The notes below the pieces were generated by a model, which ran no database searches, had not been told where the DNA came from, and saw only the letters and a program-made list of their open reading frames with translations. The position numbers and the translations under genes were made by a program. From a virus (lineage: Duplodnaviria; Caudoviricetes): a DNA stretch of 26,828 nt. Each line of letters begins with the position of its first letter. Positions within the stretch are counted from its first letter, which is position 1. Location of the stretch: positions 1 to 26,828 of IMG/VR virus record IMGVR_UViG_3300037674_000278; one strand, 5' to 3'. Below are positions 9,839-19,159 of the stretch, one piece after another.

Positions 9839-10519
9839 TTAAGTTATCTTCGGCCAAAGATTGTTTTCATTGAAGATTTTTACGTCTTCCTCTGGTAAAC
9901 CTAATGATAACATAACCTTTGGAGTATGTGGATTCTGTGCCTGGTGTTCACAATAGAAATTCTGAGCCCTAATCACATCTTCTTTCTTTGAATCGGAGTT
10001 GTAATGACTAATCTTATCCAAATAACTATTCAAATTACTTACTGCCAATTCACATATCTGGTTTAATTCTTTAAACTCTCTAATATTAGCAGCCGCTATC
10101 ATACCTTTACTAAAAATTTCCTTTGCCCAATCAGGCAATTCTCTTGCTTTAGTTGGTTTAAACCACTTGGTTTCTTCTATGAAATACTTTGTTAATGGGT
10201 GTTCTTTTAATAATAATGGACTGAAATCGTGAAAACAACCTGTTACCTTATTCTTACCTGCAATAACATCAAATCCATAAATTGGTCCACCATTCTCTAA
10301 CATTGGAAATAAACATACGTGTGCCATCCAAAGACCTTTAGTTTCTCTGGCGTCCACTACATCTATGTGAGCACGTCTAACACTCATATTAGACCAAGTA
10401 CGATTCGTCCAACCTGGTTTATTAAATTTTTCCATACCAGGTTCTTTATACTCTGTACAAGTTCTATCTAATACTTCTATAATATCTTTTTCTAATCTAA
10501 TTAGTCTGTCCCAAATCAT
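9839..10519 (-). CDS. pcyX: Ferredoxin-dependent bilin reductase, PcyX type
   Basis: RRAHIDVVD, LWMAHVCLFP, PIYGFDVI.G, HDFSP, R.LP.WA..IFS and YC..Q..NPHT motifs. His67/Asp84 have the 17-residue spacing of PcyA His88/Asp105, and Asp53 appears to replace PcyA Glu76, as I recall for PcyX. Directly downstream of heme oxygenase. Start moved to ATG 10519 (GGAGA SD). Confidence 0.88.
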   Translation of the reverse strand: MIWDRLIRLEKDIIEVLDRTCTEYKEPGMEKFNKPGWTNRTWSNMSVRRAHIDVVDARETKGLWMAHVCLFPMLENGGPIYGFDVIAGKNKVTGCFHDFSPLLLKEHPLTKYFIEETKWFKPTKARELPDWAKEIFSKGMIAAANIREFKELNQICELAVSNLNSYLDKISHYNSDSKKEDVIRAQNFYCEHQAQNPHTPKVMLSLGLPEEDVKIFNENNLWPKIT

Positions 10520-11072
10520 ACATTTCTCCAAATAATCTTGTTGCGCTATCAAAACAATAATTAGCCTCTGCTACTATATTAACTTGATATACATTTAAAT
10601 AGTTATTAACAATTTCTCTCACAATTCTTTTATATTCTTTTACCTGATTATGTTTAAACTTATAATATCTATTAGGTCCTGGTGTCTTTCTCATAATCAT
10701 TTGACCACCAGATAAATCTCCTAAATGCCTAACATAGATATGTGCATATAATTTTTCTGCGTCATCCATTATTGCGTCAAGGTGTTTAATATAATCTTTT
10801 GTACTTTCAGTTATAGCAGGTGGTTCTTTACCTTTCCATAATGTTTTATAATCATAATGCAATGCTTCTGCTCTTTGCAATCCTGGTGTTTGATTAAACA
10901 AAGAATTGTGCATACCATATTTTTCTAGTGTTGAATAACATTGTAGTTGATTATAAAGATAAGTAGCATACAATTGTTCATCAATCTCACCTGACATTAA
11001 TATCTTTACAAAGGCTTGTCTTTCAGCATTCTTATGTTTCTCATAAGTTAAATCTTTTATATCATATATCAT
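10497..11072 (-). CDS. hemO: Heme oxygenase (biliverdin-forming)
   Basis: Proximal His in T.EKH.NAE, distal-helix motif AHIYVRHLGDLSGGQ, C-terminal EA..CFD....LF; overlaps the bilin reductase gene. Confidence 0.93.
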   Translation of the reverse strand: MIYDIKDLTYEKHKNAERQAFVKILMSGEIDEQLYATYLYNQLQCYSTLEKYGMHNSLFNQTPGLQRAEALHYDYKTLWKGKEPPAITESTKDYIKHLDAIMDDAEKLYAHIYVRHLGDLSGGQMIMRKTPGPNRYYKFKHNQVKEYKRIVREIVNNYLNVYQVNIVAEANYCFDSATRLFGEMYDLGQTN

Positions 11073-11893
11073 TTATTATATTTTCCTGTCCATACTTTAT
11101 TTCGTGTTTCTAAATCGGTGCTATCACCTTTACCCTCCAAACCAATTTGGTTTCTAACGTGTTCAGCTAATGCTTGTTCATAGTTGTCCACATATCTAGG
11201 GTCATAAGTTATTTGTTCTCCCTTGGCAACTCCTTCTTTTTCCATATCTTCATACGTTGGTAAATCGTGTATGTTAGTTGTATGTAATAACATATCAAAC
11301 GCTATACTAATTCTATCTTCTTTTGTTTCATTACACTCAACACTATGTTTCATATGCGAAGGCATAACTATCATTTTTCCAGGTTTAGGTGTAAGCATAA
11401 ATCTTAAACTATTCATTGAATTATAATTAAAGTTATCTCTATTTGCCCAATAAAATCTTTTCATTTCTTGTCTCATATCTGGAGACTCTACAGATAATTG
11501 ACCAGAGTTTTCATTTCCTTTAACATAATATACAGCAGAGAAATCGGAGTGTACGTGTTGATGTATAGTATTATAATGTCCAGGTGCGCTAATATTAAAC
11601 CATAATTCTCCAATACTTAAAGAATATTTTGATTTTAATCCATATTGATCAACATAATTCTCAACTTCTGGCATAACCATTTGGAAAAATTTATCTATAA
11701 CCATTGGTGGTGTAGCAAGATTAATTAACTTACTTTGAAATCCACCTCTATTAGTTAAATTTCTTCCTTGAGATTTATTTTTAAGTTCGTAAGCATAATC
11801 TTCCAATTGTTTATTTAATTCTCCAAAGTCTTCGGAAAAATCAAATAGACCTGCAATCGTTGAAAATATTGTTTTTGTTTCTGTTTTAATCAT
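11069..11893 (-). CDS. Putative 2OG-Fe(II) oxygenase, TIGR02466-like, with C-terminal extension
   Basis: GGFQS, WFNI...G.YN.IHQH...FSAVYYV, P..G..IVMPS.M.H.V..N, RISIAFD. Confidence 0.8.
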   Translation of the reverse strand: MIKTETKTIFSTIAGLFDFSEDFGELNKQLEDYAYELKNKSQGRNLTNRGGFQSKLINLATPPMVIDKFFQMVMPEVENYVDQYGLKSKYSLSIGELWFNISAPGHYNTIHQHVHSDFSAVYYVKGNENSGQLSVESPDMRQEMKRFYWANRDNFNYNSMNSLRFMLTPKPGKMIVMPSHMKHSVECNETKEDRISIAFDMLLHTTNIHDLPTYEDMEKEGVAKGEQITYDPRYVDNYEQALAEHVRNQIGLEGKGDSTDLETRNKVWTGKYNK

Positions 11894-12527
11894 CTAGGTA
11901 TTTTGTTTCTACGTCTCCAAACTGCTTAACCAAGTCTTCATATTTAAATTGATACCAACCTGTTGTTATATACTTATGTTCAGTTGGAGATACTATTCCT
12001 TTATGCATATGTGTCCAATCTGTAGGCCAAAAAACGGTCAAACCTTTCTCTGGTTTAATTTTTACTCCTTGAATCGGCCACTCTGTTTCACCACCATCAT
12101 TGACCGTATTTAAATAGGTCATAAAGGTTAACATTCTCTGACCGTGAGCATACATATCTCTTTCATTATGTAATATAAAATATCCACCACCTGGTTTATA
12201 ATGTTGTATGTTCATTGGTGCAACTATTCCCCAAGGTCCATAATGGTCTCTTGGTATCTTATATTTATTTTGCCATTGAAGACAAGCTTTCTGTAATTCT
12301 TTAAAATAATCTCTTACTGCAAAATCTCTTTGAGCTTCTTCCTGTGTTACCAATAAATCAGTTGAATCTTTTAATTTTTTCTGTACTTTTCCTGGACCCA
12401 ATTTACCCACAAATTTACCAGGTGTTCTTTCATAGTACGTTATCATTCTATCACATATACTTTCAGACATATAATAACCATCTATAAAAAGATTCTTCTC
12501 TTGATTTATTTTATGTTCTCTCATCAT
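11886..12527 (-). CDS. 2OG-Fe(II) oxygenase, prolyl-4-hydroxylase-like
   Basis: K.STD, NIQHYKPG.GY...HNE, R.L.FMTYLN.V..GGETE, P.KG..VFWP..WTH.H.G, KYI.TGW. Confidence 0.88.
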   Translation of the reverse strand: MMREHKINQEKNLFIDGYYMSESICDRMITYYERTPGKFVGKLGPGKVQKKLKDSTDLLVTQEEAQRDFAVRDYFKELQKACLQWQNKYKIPRDHYGPWGIVAPMNIQHYKPGGGYFILHNERDMYAHGQRMLTFMTYLNTVNDGGETEWPIQGVKIKPEKGLTVFWPTDWTHMHKGIVSPTEHKYITTGWYQFKYEDLVKQFGDVETKYLDD

Positions 12528-13060
12528 TGTGCTACAGAACTTAACCTAGGTTCCCAATTTACATTTAATACTAATCTATATTTTTTATCTGTTTGAGTTA
12601 ATACTCTATGAGCCGTATCTTCTTCATCACTATCAAATATTACAGCTCTGTTTGCCACACAATTTACAATTTTTCCATTTTTAAATTCAGTACCACCATT
12701 ACAAGTATTATAATAATATATTAATACTTTATGGTCAAAAGATTGGTCTACGTGGTAACCAGATTTTAATTGTTTTCCGAAATTAGGACTAAAATTAGTA
12801 TCAGCTCTTATAATAGTTTGTTCTTTTAATTTTATATTTAAAGAGTCTAGTATAGGAACAACCATTTCAAAAAAGAATTTACTAGCTATTTCACCTCTAT
12901 TATAAACATACTTATGGGTAAAACAATAAATTCCTTTATCATCATCTCCTTCAGGTCCTTTTAGATATGGTTGATACTCCCATAAAAACCTAGAAGAGGT
13001 CATATTTTGGACAATATTATCCAATACTTCTGGCTCTAAAACATCATCAATAATTTCCAC
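12524..13060 (-). CDS. Putative 2OG-Fe(II) oxygenase-like protein
   Basis: IIDD.L, YHVD (HxD), YYNTCNGGT.F, ANRAVIFD, H...TQTD...R.VLN.N; GTG start with GGAGG SD; paralog of 14667-15353. Confidence 0.78.
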   Translation of the reverse strand: MEIIDDVLEPEVLDNIVQNMTSSRFLWEYQPYLKGPEGDDDKGIYCFTHKYVYNRGEIASKFFFEMVVPILDSLNIKLKEQTIIRADTNFSPNFGKQLKSGYHVDQSFDHKVLIYYYNTCNGGTEFKNGKIVNCVANRAVIFDSDEEDTAHRVLTQTDKKYRLVLNVNWEPRLSSVAQ

Positions 13061-13093
13061 AAGTTTCCTCCCAATTAGATTCCGATTCCGAGA

Positions 13094-14692
13094 TTATTCT
13101 TCATCTTGGTACCATTTATCTTTTAAAAAATTATACGTGGACTTTCCCTTTTCAGCTTCTAGTTTCCAATTTAATTTTCTAGCATCCATTCTGTTTAACG
13201 TTTCCATCCATCTTTGTTTATAAAAATTTATATCACCTTGACCAGTTTGTAATCGTTGTCTCATCCAACCCCAAGGCTGCCAATTCATACCAACACCAAT
13301 ACAATTCATTCCTTCTGTATTATCCCACCTACCGGCATCCCAAAATTGTTGCCATTTTGCTTTCCAATAATTTGTTCCGTGTGCGTCTGGTAATGGATCT
13401 TCTTCCATCCAATCTCTTGCCTGTATATCTTGCCAATATTTTGTATCGTCTCTAACACTTAACGCATAATGGCAGGTAACAAAACGAGAGAATATATCAA
13501 ATATTCTGCAACATTGATAATTGACATTAGCTCTATCTAAACTAGTTGCATAAGGCATTCTTGATTCCATTTGAGAAGTAAAGTAATTTAAAAATTCGTG
13601 TACAGAATATAATCCATTACTCTCTAATGGTTCTATAAATCCTGCTGATAGTCCTATTGCAAGAACATTTTTAACCCATATTCTCTTATGTCTACCAACA
13701 CGCATACCTATTTTTCTGTATTCATAATTTTCGGTGTCTGTATAACCTCTTGATTTTAAATGTTCTTTAAATTCTTTTAATGCGTCTTCATCACTAACGT
13801 ACTTGTCTGAAAATACATAGCCTGTTCCCCACCTAGACCATAAAGGTATTTCCCATACCCAACCATTACCTAATGCAAAACAATTTGTATAAGAACAAAT
13901 TTCCTTTTTCTTATCTTTATAAGGTATTCGTGTCGCCCAAGCTTTATTGTTCGGCAACATAGGAGAGAAATCTATAAAAGGTTCCTTTAATGCTTTATCT
14001 ATTAGTAATGCTTTAAAACCTGTGCAGTCAACAAATAAGTCTGCCTCAATTTTTGAACCATCATCTACAAGTAAATGATCAATATATCCATTTTCATCTA
14101 AAGGAGTTTCTTTTACTTCTTTTAATATATGTGTAAATCTTTCATTAGGAATACATACATTATTTTTTAACCATTGACCAAATTTAGTTGCGTCAAAGTG
14201 TAATGCTTTATCTGATTCGTATTTGAAATTTGGAAATGTTTCTGTTAAAACATTTGCATTAACCATAGCCATTTGTGGGTAATAACAATCTGCAAAATCT
14301 GTAACCGGTGTTTCTGGATATAAATGTTTTTTCCAGAACCAATCATTATTTAAATTCGGCATTTGGGTTACATCTAAAGCCCCAAAAGGGTAATGAAATC
14401 CTCCATCACCTTTTTTATAAAAATTTTCAAATCTAATACTTAATTTAATAGTAGCATCCGTCTCCTTCATAAAAGGTAAAGTTCTATTTAAACCTTGTAT
14501 CTCCAACCAATGACTTATTCCACCAATGGTACTTTCACCAACACCTACCGTTGGATGATTTGGACTTTCTACTAGTGTGATTTTTGCTTTTGTTGTATTT
14601 AAAAAATGTGTCGCTGACATCCAGCCAGCAGAACCACCACCTACGATAACTATGTTATCAATTTTATTATATAGTTTCTTTGTTTCCATCAT
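13094..14692 (-). CDS. Flavin-dependent halogenase (tryptophan halogenase/PrnA family)
   Basis: GGGSAG FAD motif, VGVGEST, catalytic-Lys position ATIK83, DCTGF, WVWEIP (WxWxIP), FIEPLESNG. Confidence 0.92.
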   Translation of the reverse strand: MMETKKLYNKIDNIVIVGGGSAGWMSATHFLNTTKAKITLVESPNHPTVGVGESTIGGISHWLEIQGLNRTLPFMKETDATIKLSIRFENFYKKGDGGFHYPFGALDVTQMPNLNNDWFWKKHLYPETPVTDFADCYYPQMAMVNANVLTETFPNFKYESDKALHFDATKFGQWLKNNVCIPNERFTHILKEVKETPLDENGYIDHLLVDDGSKIEADLFVDCTGFKALLIDKALKEPFIDFSPMLPNNKAWATRIPYKDKKKEICSYTNCFALGNGWVWEIPLWSRWGTGYVFSDKYVSDEDALKEFKEHLKSRGYTDTENYEYRKIGMRVGRHKRIWVKNVLAIGLSAGFIEPLESNGLYSVHEFLNYFTSQMESRMPYATSLDRANVNYQCCRIFDIFSRFVTCHYALSVRDDTKYWQDIQARDWMEEDPLPDAHGTNYWKAKWQQFWDAGRWDNTEGMNCIGVGMNWQPWGWMRQRLQTGQGDINFYKQRWMETLNRMDARKLNWKLEAEKGKSTYNFLKDKWYQDEE

Positions 14693-15353
14693 AATTCCAC
14701 CTTAAATTCATATTCCAGATAACTCTTCGATCCACATCTGTTTGTGTTTCTGCCCAATGTCTTAATCGTCCATCAAAAATAACACATCTATTTGCTACTG
14801 CGTCAACTTTTTGTGTAGTACCATCCATTCTTTCAATGTAAGTAGGACCATTACAAGTATTACAATATAGTATTGCTGAACAAAAATTAAATCTTCCTGT
14901 TTTTTTCGTCTCACCAAATTTAGCTCTAGTGTCTTCATAAAAATCTGTATGTTTAACTAATTCATATTTGGCACCACGATTGGTATATGAGTTTAGTTTC
15001 ACCTTTAACATATATTCAGGTGGATATTTTCCTTTAACAGGTATACCTTTATTTTTAAATTCATCCATTACACATTCAAAGAACGGCCAAAATTGAGATT
15101 GTTCTCTATGTTCTGTACCAACCCAAACCACGTGAGTATGCATAAAGGTACCTAATAAGGCACCTCTCTTTTTTGCGTCTTCTACCAATTCTTTTGTATC
15201 GGGAGCGTCTGCGTCTTCTGTATTGTAGTCTGTATCTGTCCAGTACCAAGGAAAGCCGGCACTTAAAATGTTTTCGTTAAGTCTATCAAAGGTTGTTTGT
15301 GGTACAAAGTTATCAATTATTTTAATCCAACCATCAGTATATTCATTCTGCAT
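14667..15353 (-). CDS. Putative 2OG-Fe(II) oxygenase-like protein
   Basis: IIDNF, FPWYW, KHTD (HxD), LYCNTCNGPT, ANRCVIFDG...H..TQTD..RR...N.N. Confidence 0.78.
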   Translation of the reverse strand: MQNEYTDGWIKIIDNFVPQTTFDRLNENILSAGFPWYWTDTDYNTEDADAPDTKELVEDAKKRGALLGTFMHTHVVWVGTEHREQSQFWPFFECVMDEFKNKGIPVKGKYPPEYMLKVKLNSYTNRGAKYELVKHTDFYEDTRAKFGETKKTGRFNFCSAILYCNTCNGPTYIERMDGTTQKVDAVANRCVIFDGRLRHWAETQTDVDRRVIWNMNLRWNYDGNKETI

Positions 15354-15412
15354 AATAATATATATCCACTTTGATAAGTGGTCTCCAATCTAATAACTAT
15401 GTGTGAAAGTTG

Positions 15413-15862
15413 TTAAACGGCGTCCCAAGTTTTGGTACTATTGTTCCATTGATACCAATTAGAAGTTTCTGTTTCACCATCTTTTTGAGCTTGCCATTTT
15501 GTAATGTCTTCTTTCCAAGTAAATTTTTGGTAACCTACTGACTTTTCTTCGTCATAGTTTTCAGGAGCTTTCCAATTACCTGTTGATGTATCTATTTGCC
15601 AACTATCGTGACCGCCTATATTTGCTTTGTCTTCAACAAAAATTTTGTGTGCAGGATACCAAGTATCTCCAATATCAGGATTATTTTTACATATGCTTGG
15701 TTGAACATTTGGCACATAATCTAAATTAGTACCGAATAATGCTTGTAAATTAGTCGTAGTTGCAGCTATCTCAAAATCATTACTTGCGTTTTGACATTGA
15801 TTCTTTTTTACTGATATAGTATTCAATACTTTTTTATTACTATCTAATACTGCTACTTCCAT
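15413..15862 (-). CDS. Trp-rich partner protein, paralog C
   Basis: SW......G.W.AP, F.W.E...KW.A and YQWN.....WDAV shared with 17276-17776 and largely with 19160-19618; directly follows a Gly-rich gene. Confidence 0.8.
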   Translation of the reverse strand: MEVAVLDSNKKVLNTISVKKNQCQNASNDFEIAATTTNLQALFGTNLDYVPNVQPSICKNNPDIGDTWYPAHKIFVEDKANIGGHDSWQIDTSTGNWKAPENYDEEKSVGYQKFTWKEDITKWQAQKDGETETSNWYQWNNSTKTWDAV

Positions 15863-15864
15863 CT

Positions 15865-17265
15865 TTATACTCCGTCCCTACATCTATATCTTATTACACA
15901 TACACCGTCTCCACCTCTACCGCCGTATTGGTGATTACCTGTTGTTCCTTGAGTTCCGCCTCCACCTGAACCGGATCTATCTTGAGCACATTGACCTTCA
16001 GCACCGCCACCTGTATGTCCTCCAGCTTCGCCGGTACTTGTATAGTGGTGACCTGTTCCTCCGCCACCTTCACAATACCAAAGTTTTATTCCAGTAATGT
16101 CATTATCTTTTCCTCTACCACCGTGTCCTGGTGAGTGATCTCCGTGAATATTTGAACCAAAGTGAGAAGCACCTCCGCCACCTGAACCAGTATGGTTTTG
16201 GTGATTTCCACCTCTATGACCATCTCCGTTTCCAGTTGCTGGACCGTGTCCTGATGAGTGACCACCGCCACCGCCTGATCCACCAGGTTGACCTGGGTGT
16301 GAACCAGCAGCGCCACCGCCACCACCTTCGGAATTCATTCCGTCAAATTCTGTATCTCCACCTTTGTTACCGTGGTTATTACCTTGGTTTCTTTGTGAAC
16401 CACCTGTACCAACGGTTACGGTATAATCTTGTACGGTTACAGCATAGTCCATTGCATTGTTAGCACGATAACCACCTGCACCACCGCCACCTGCGTGGTG
16501 AGTTCCACCGGAACCTCCACCACCACACATTAAATATTCAATAAATGTGCCGTATGTAGAATCTGAACCTAAAGAGTGAACTCTAAATGTTCCTGATTCT
16601 GTAAATCTGTGAACCATATCATCACCATCCATATAAATGTCGTGAGCATCCGAAGTAGCAACTATGTATTTTTTAGAACCAACACCTTTTGATGATTGTC
16701 CTCTACCTAATTTGTTACCTGCAAGACCTGTATCATCTTCAGCAACCCAATTTATAAATCTCCAAGTTGGAGTTGATGTACCTGTGTCTGAATCATACAA
16801 CATTTCTAGTGATAATCCTTTTGATGTTAATACAAAGTCGTCTGTATTATGTTCAATCTTATTACCATTAGCTGCTAATGTACAATGATTTGTATGGAAT
16901 GTTCTTCCATAATCTATAATTTTTATTAAATCTCCTGTTGATGGAGAAGCAGGCAAAGTTATCGTAATAGCGGCTGCTGATGTATCAACCGTATAACCTG
17001 TACCACCGTCTGCATTAAAACTTGAATTTTTAAATGCTGGAAATGACATACCAACTGCGTCTGTTCCTCTTGCCATTAATTGCCAAGAAGCGTGAACCGT
17101 ACCACCACTTGCTGGGGCATTTCCAGTTGAAGCTGCTTTACAAATGTATGTAGATAAAACTCCAGCATCCGTATGTTGGACTATATCATCTACTTCATAA
17201 GCAGTCGCAACGTTATATACGCCTCTGTTTGTTAATCTTAATTTTCCTAAATCTATTACTGACAT
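15865..17265 (-). CDS. His/Gly-rich tail-fibre or adhesin-like protein, paralog C
   Basis: IDLGKL anchor, CBM-like repeat, VDTS...ITLPASP..GD domain, then HRF..SGTF and a Gly-rich domain ending GG.GV.VIRY. Confidence 0.8.
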   Translation of the reverse strand: MSVIDLGKLRLTNRGVYNVATAYEVDDIVQHTDAGVLSTYICKAASTGNAPASGGTVHASWQLMARGTDAVGMSFPAFKNSSFNADGGTGYTVDTSAAAITITLPASPSTGDLIKIIDYGRTFHTNHCTLAANGNKIEHNTDDFVLTSKGLSLEMLYDSDTGTSTPTWRFINWVAEDDTGLAGNKLGRGQSSKGVGSKKYIVATSDAHDIYMDGDDMVHRFTESGTFRVHSLGSDSTYGTFIEYLMCGGGGSGGTHHAGGGGAGGYRANNAMDYAVTVQDYTVTVGTGGSQRNQGNNHGNKGGDTEFDGMNSEGGGGGAAGSHPGQPGGSGGGGGHSSGHGPATGNGDGHRGGNHQNHTGSGGGGASHFGSNIHGDHSPGHGGRGKDNDITGIKLWYCEGGGGTGHHYTSTGEAGGHTGGGAEGQCAQDRSGSGGGGTQGTTGNHQYGGRGGDGVCVIRYRCRDGV

Positions 17266-17275
17266 TTATTTACCT

Positions 17276-17776
17276 CTATACTGCGTCCCAAGCATTCGTG
17301 CTTGTATTCCATTGATAGTCTGCCGCTGTTGTTCCACTTGCGTCCGCTGATACCATTTCTGCACCTTTTTTAGCATACCATTTTTGAATTCCCTCTTGCC
17401 ATCTAAAATTTCCCATTTTTAAATCCTCTGTTGTACCATCTACGTACATATGTGGAGCTTGCCATTCTCCTGTAGTAGTATTTAGTGTCCAACTAGCAAA
17501 AACTACCGGTGTTCCTAAATCTGGTGTACAACTTTGTGGTCTATCTTCATAAAAAATTTTGTTTGATGAGTCGTAATTATATCCTGTTGAAGCTCTTGTC
17601 TTATCACTATCTTTATTCCATACATAATTACCAGCCCCCCATAATTTAACTGCAAAGTTAATTACTGAATTGTCTGATGGAGCTCCTGTTGCTGGATCAA
17701 TACATTTTTCTTTCTTAACGTTAAATACGTTTTCTACTTTATCCCCAGCTGCATTTAATTTTGCTACTTTTAACAT
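17276..17776 (-). CDS. Trp-rich partner protein, paralog B
   Basis: G.NYD....IFY, SWTLN...G.WQAP, FRW.EG..KW.A, WDAV. Confidence 0.8.
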   Translation of the reverse strand: MLKVAKLNAAGDKVENVFNVKKEKCIDPATGAPSDNSVINFAVKLWGAGNYVWNKDSDKTRASTGYNYDSSNKIFYEDRPQSCTPDLGTPVVFASWTLNTTTGEWQAPHMYVDGTTEDLKMGNFRWQEGIQKWYAKKGAEMVSADASGTTAADYQWNTSTNAWDAV

Positions 17777-17779
17777 TTA

Positions 17780-19150
17780 TTAATCCTTTGCCTTATATCT
17801 TATAATTATAATTCCGTCTCCACCTTGTCCAGAGTGTCTATGACCTCCAGATGAGCCGTCATTTCCACCGCCACCTGAACCTGTACCATTCATACCCCAA
17901 CCACCTGGTGAGTCACCGCCAATGCTGTCTCCGCCACCACCGGCAGCTGCATTAGTGTGATTGTGTCCTGAAGCACCGCCTCCAGCTGCATACCATTTAG
18001 GTATACCTGAAATATCGTTTTGTGCTCCTCTTCCACCGTGTCCTGATTGGTGAGAACCATAGTGGTCAGCGCCTTCACGGCCTGCACCACCTCCACCACC
18101 ACCTTGGTGATTCGAGTGTGAACCGCCTCTATGTCCTGTTCCATTACCTGTTGCGTGACCGTGTCCTGCTGAGTGAGCTGACCCACCGCCTGAACCACCA
18201 TCTTGACCAGTATGCGAACCGCCTGCACCTGTACCGCCACCTTCTGAATTCATTCCGTCAAATGTTGAGTCTGAACCTTTATTACCTCTGTTATTACCAG
18301 AGTGTTCAGTACCACCAGCACCTACGGTTATTGTGTATGCTTGAGCAGTTACCACGTGGTCATATGCATTGTTAGCTCTATAACCTCCGGCACCGCCTCC
18401 ACCACCGTGGTGTTGTCCGCCTGAACCGCCACCACCTACACATAAGTATTCTATTTTATCTCCAAATGTACTATCTGAACCTAGAGAGTGAACCGTCCAA
18501 GTTCCTGAACTTAAAAATTTGTGTACCATATAATCGCCATCCATATAAACTTCTTCAGCATCCGAAGTTGCGATCATATATTTTTTTGAACCTTGTCCTT
18601 GAGAACCACTTTTAAATTTATCTGCTGAACTATCATCACTATATTGCATAATTTTCCAACCCTTAATTCCATCTGCATATACTAAAAATACATTAGTGCC
18701 TCTTTGCCATAAATTCCAATTATCTGTATTGCCTTCAATTTTATTTCCATTAGCTGCTAAAGTACAATGATTTGTATGAAAAGTTTTAGCGTAATCGTTA
18801 ATTCTTATTTCATCACCTGCACTAGGAGCTGCTGGTAAAGTTACCTCAATAGCACCAGAAGTTGTATCAACTTCATATCCATTTGCGCCTGCAGCTGTAA
18901 AGTCTGCTGTTTGAGCCGCATTCCAAGACATACCGACAGAAGATGTACCTTTTGCCATATATTTCCAAGAAGCGTGTTCATTTCCACCAGTTGATGGATT
19001 ATTTCCAGTTGAAGCAGCTATACATAAGTAAGTTGAGGTAACACCACCATCAACATATTGTACTGCGTCATCAACTTCATAAGCTGTAGCAACGTCATAA
19101 ACACCTTGATATTTTATTTTTAATTTGCCTAAATCTATTTGTACTGCCAT
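17780..19150 (-). CDS. His/Gly-rich tail-fibre or adhesin-like protein, paralog B
   Basis: Same three-part architecture as paralogs A and C; Gly-rich domain ends GG.GIIIIRY. Confidence 0.8.
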   Translation of the reverse strand: MAVQIDLGKLKIKYQGVYDVATAYEVDDAVQYVDGGVTSTYLCIAASTGNNPSTGGNEHASWKYMAKGTSSVGMSWNAAQTADFTAAGANGYEVDTTSGAIEVTLPAAPSAGDEIRINDYAKTFHTNHCTLAANGNKIEGNTDNWNLWQRGTNVFLVYADGIKGWKIMQYSDDSSADKFKSGSQGQGSKKYMIATSDAEEVYMDGDYMVHKFLSSGTWTVHSLGSDSTFGDKIEYLCVGGGGSGGQHHGGGGGAGGYRANNAYDHVVTAQAYTITVGAGGTEHSGNNRGNKGSDSTFDGMNSEGGGTGAGGSHTGQDGGSGGGSAHSAGHGHATGNGTGHRGGSHSNHQGGGGGGAGREGADHYGSHQSGHGGRGAQNDISGIPKWYAAGGGASGHNHTNAAAGGGGDSIGGDSPGGWGMNGTGSGGGGNDGSSGGHRHSGQGGDGIIIIRYKAKD

Positions 19151-19159
19151 TTTAGTTTC

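Noticed and set aside
9839-10552. Calling the reductase pcyA or pebS and the phage a cyanophage
   Set aside because: The residue pattern (Asp53, WMAHVC, NPHT) and hemO pairing fit PcyX better, and there are no photosynthesis genes in this window. The host remains unproven.
13061-13093. TCGGAA tandem duplication in the gap after the halogenase
   Set aside because: Only two short copies and no stable structure; likely chance or slippage.
5345-15353. Possibility that some 2OG enzymes are non-heme iron halogenases
   Set aside because: Those need HxA/HxG; the motifs here are HxD, HxE or HxH.
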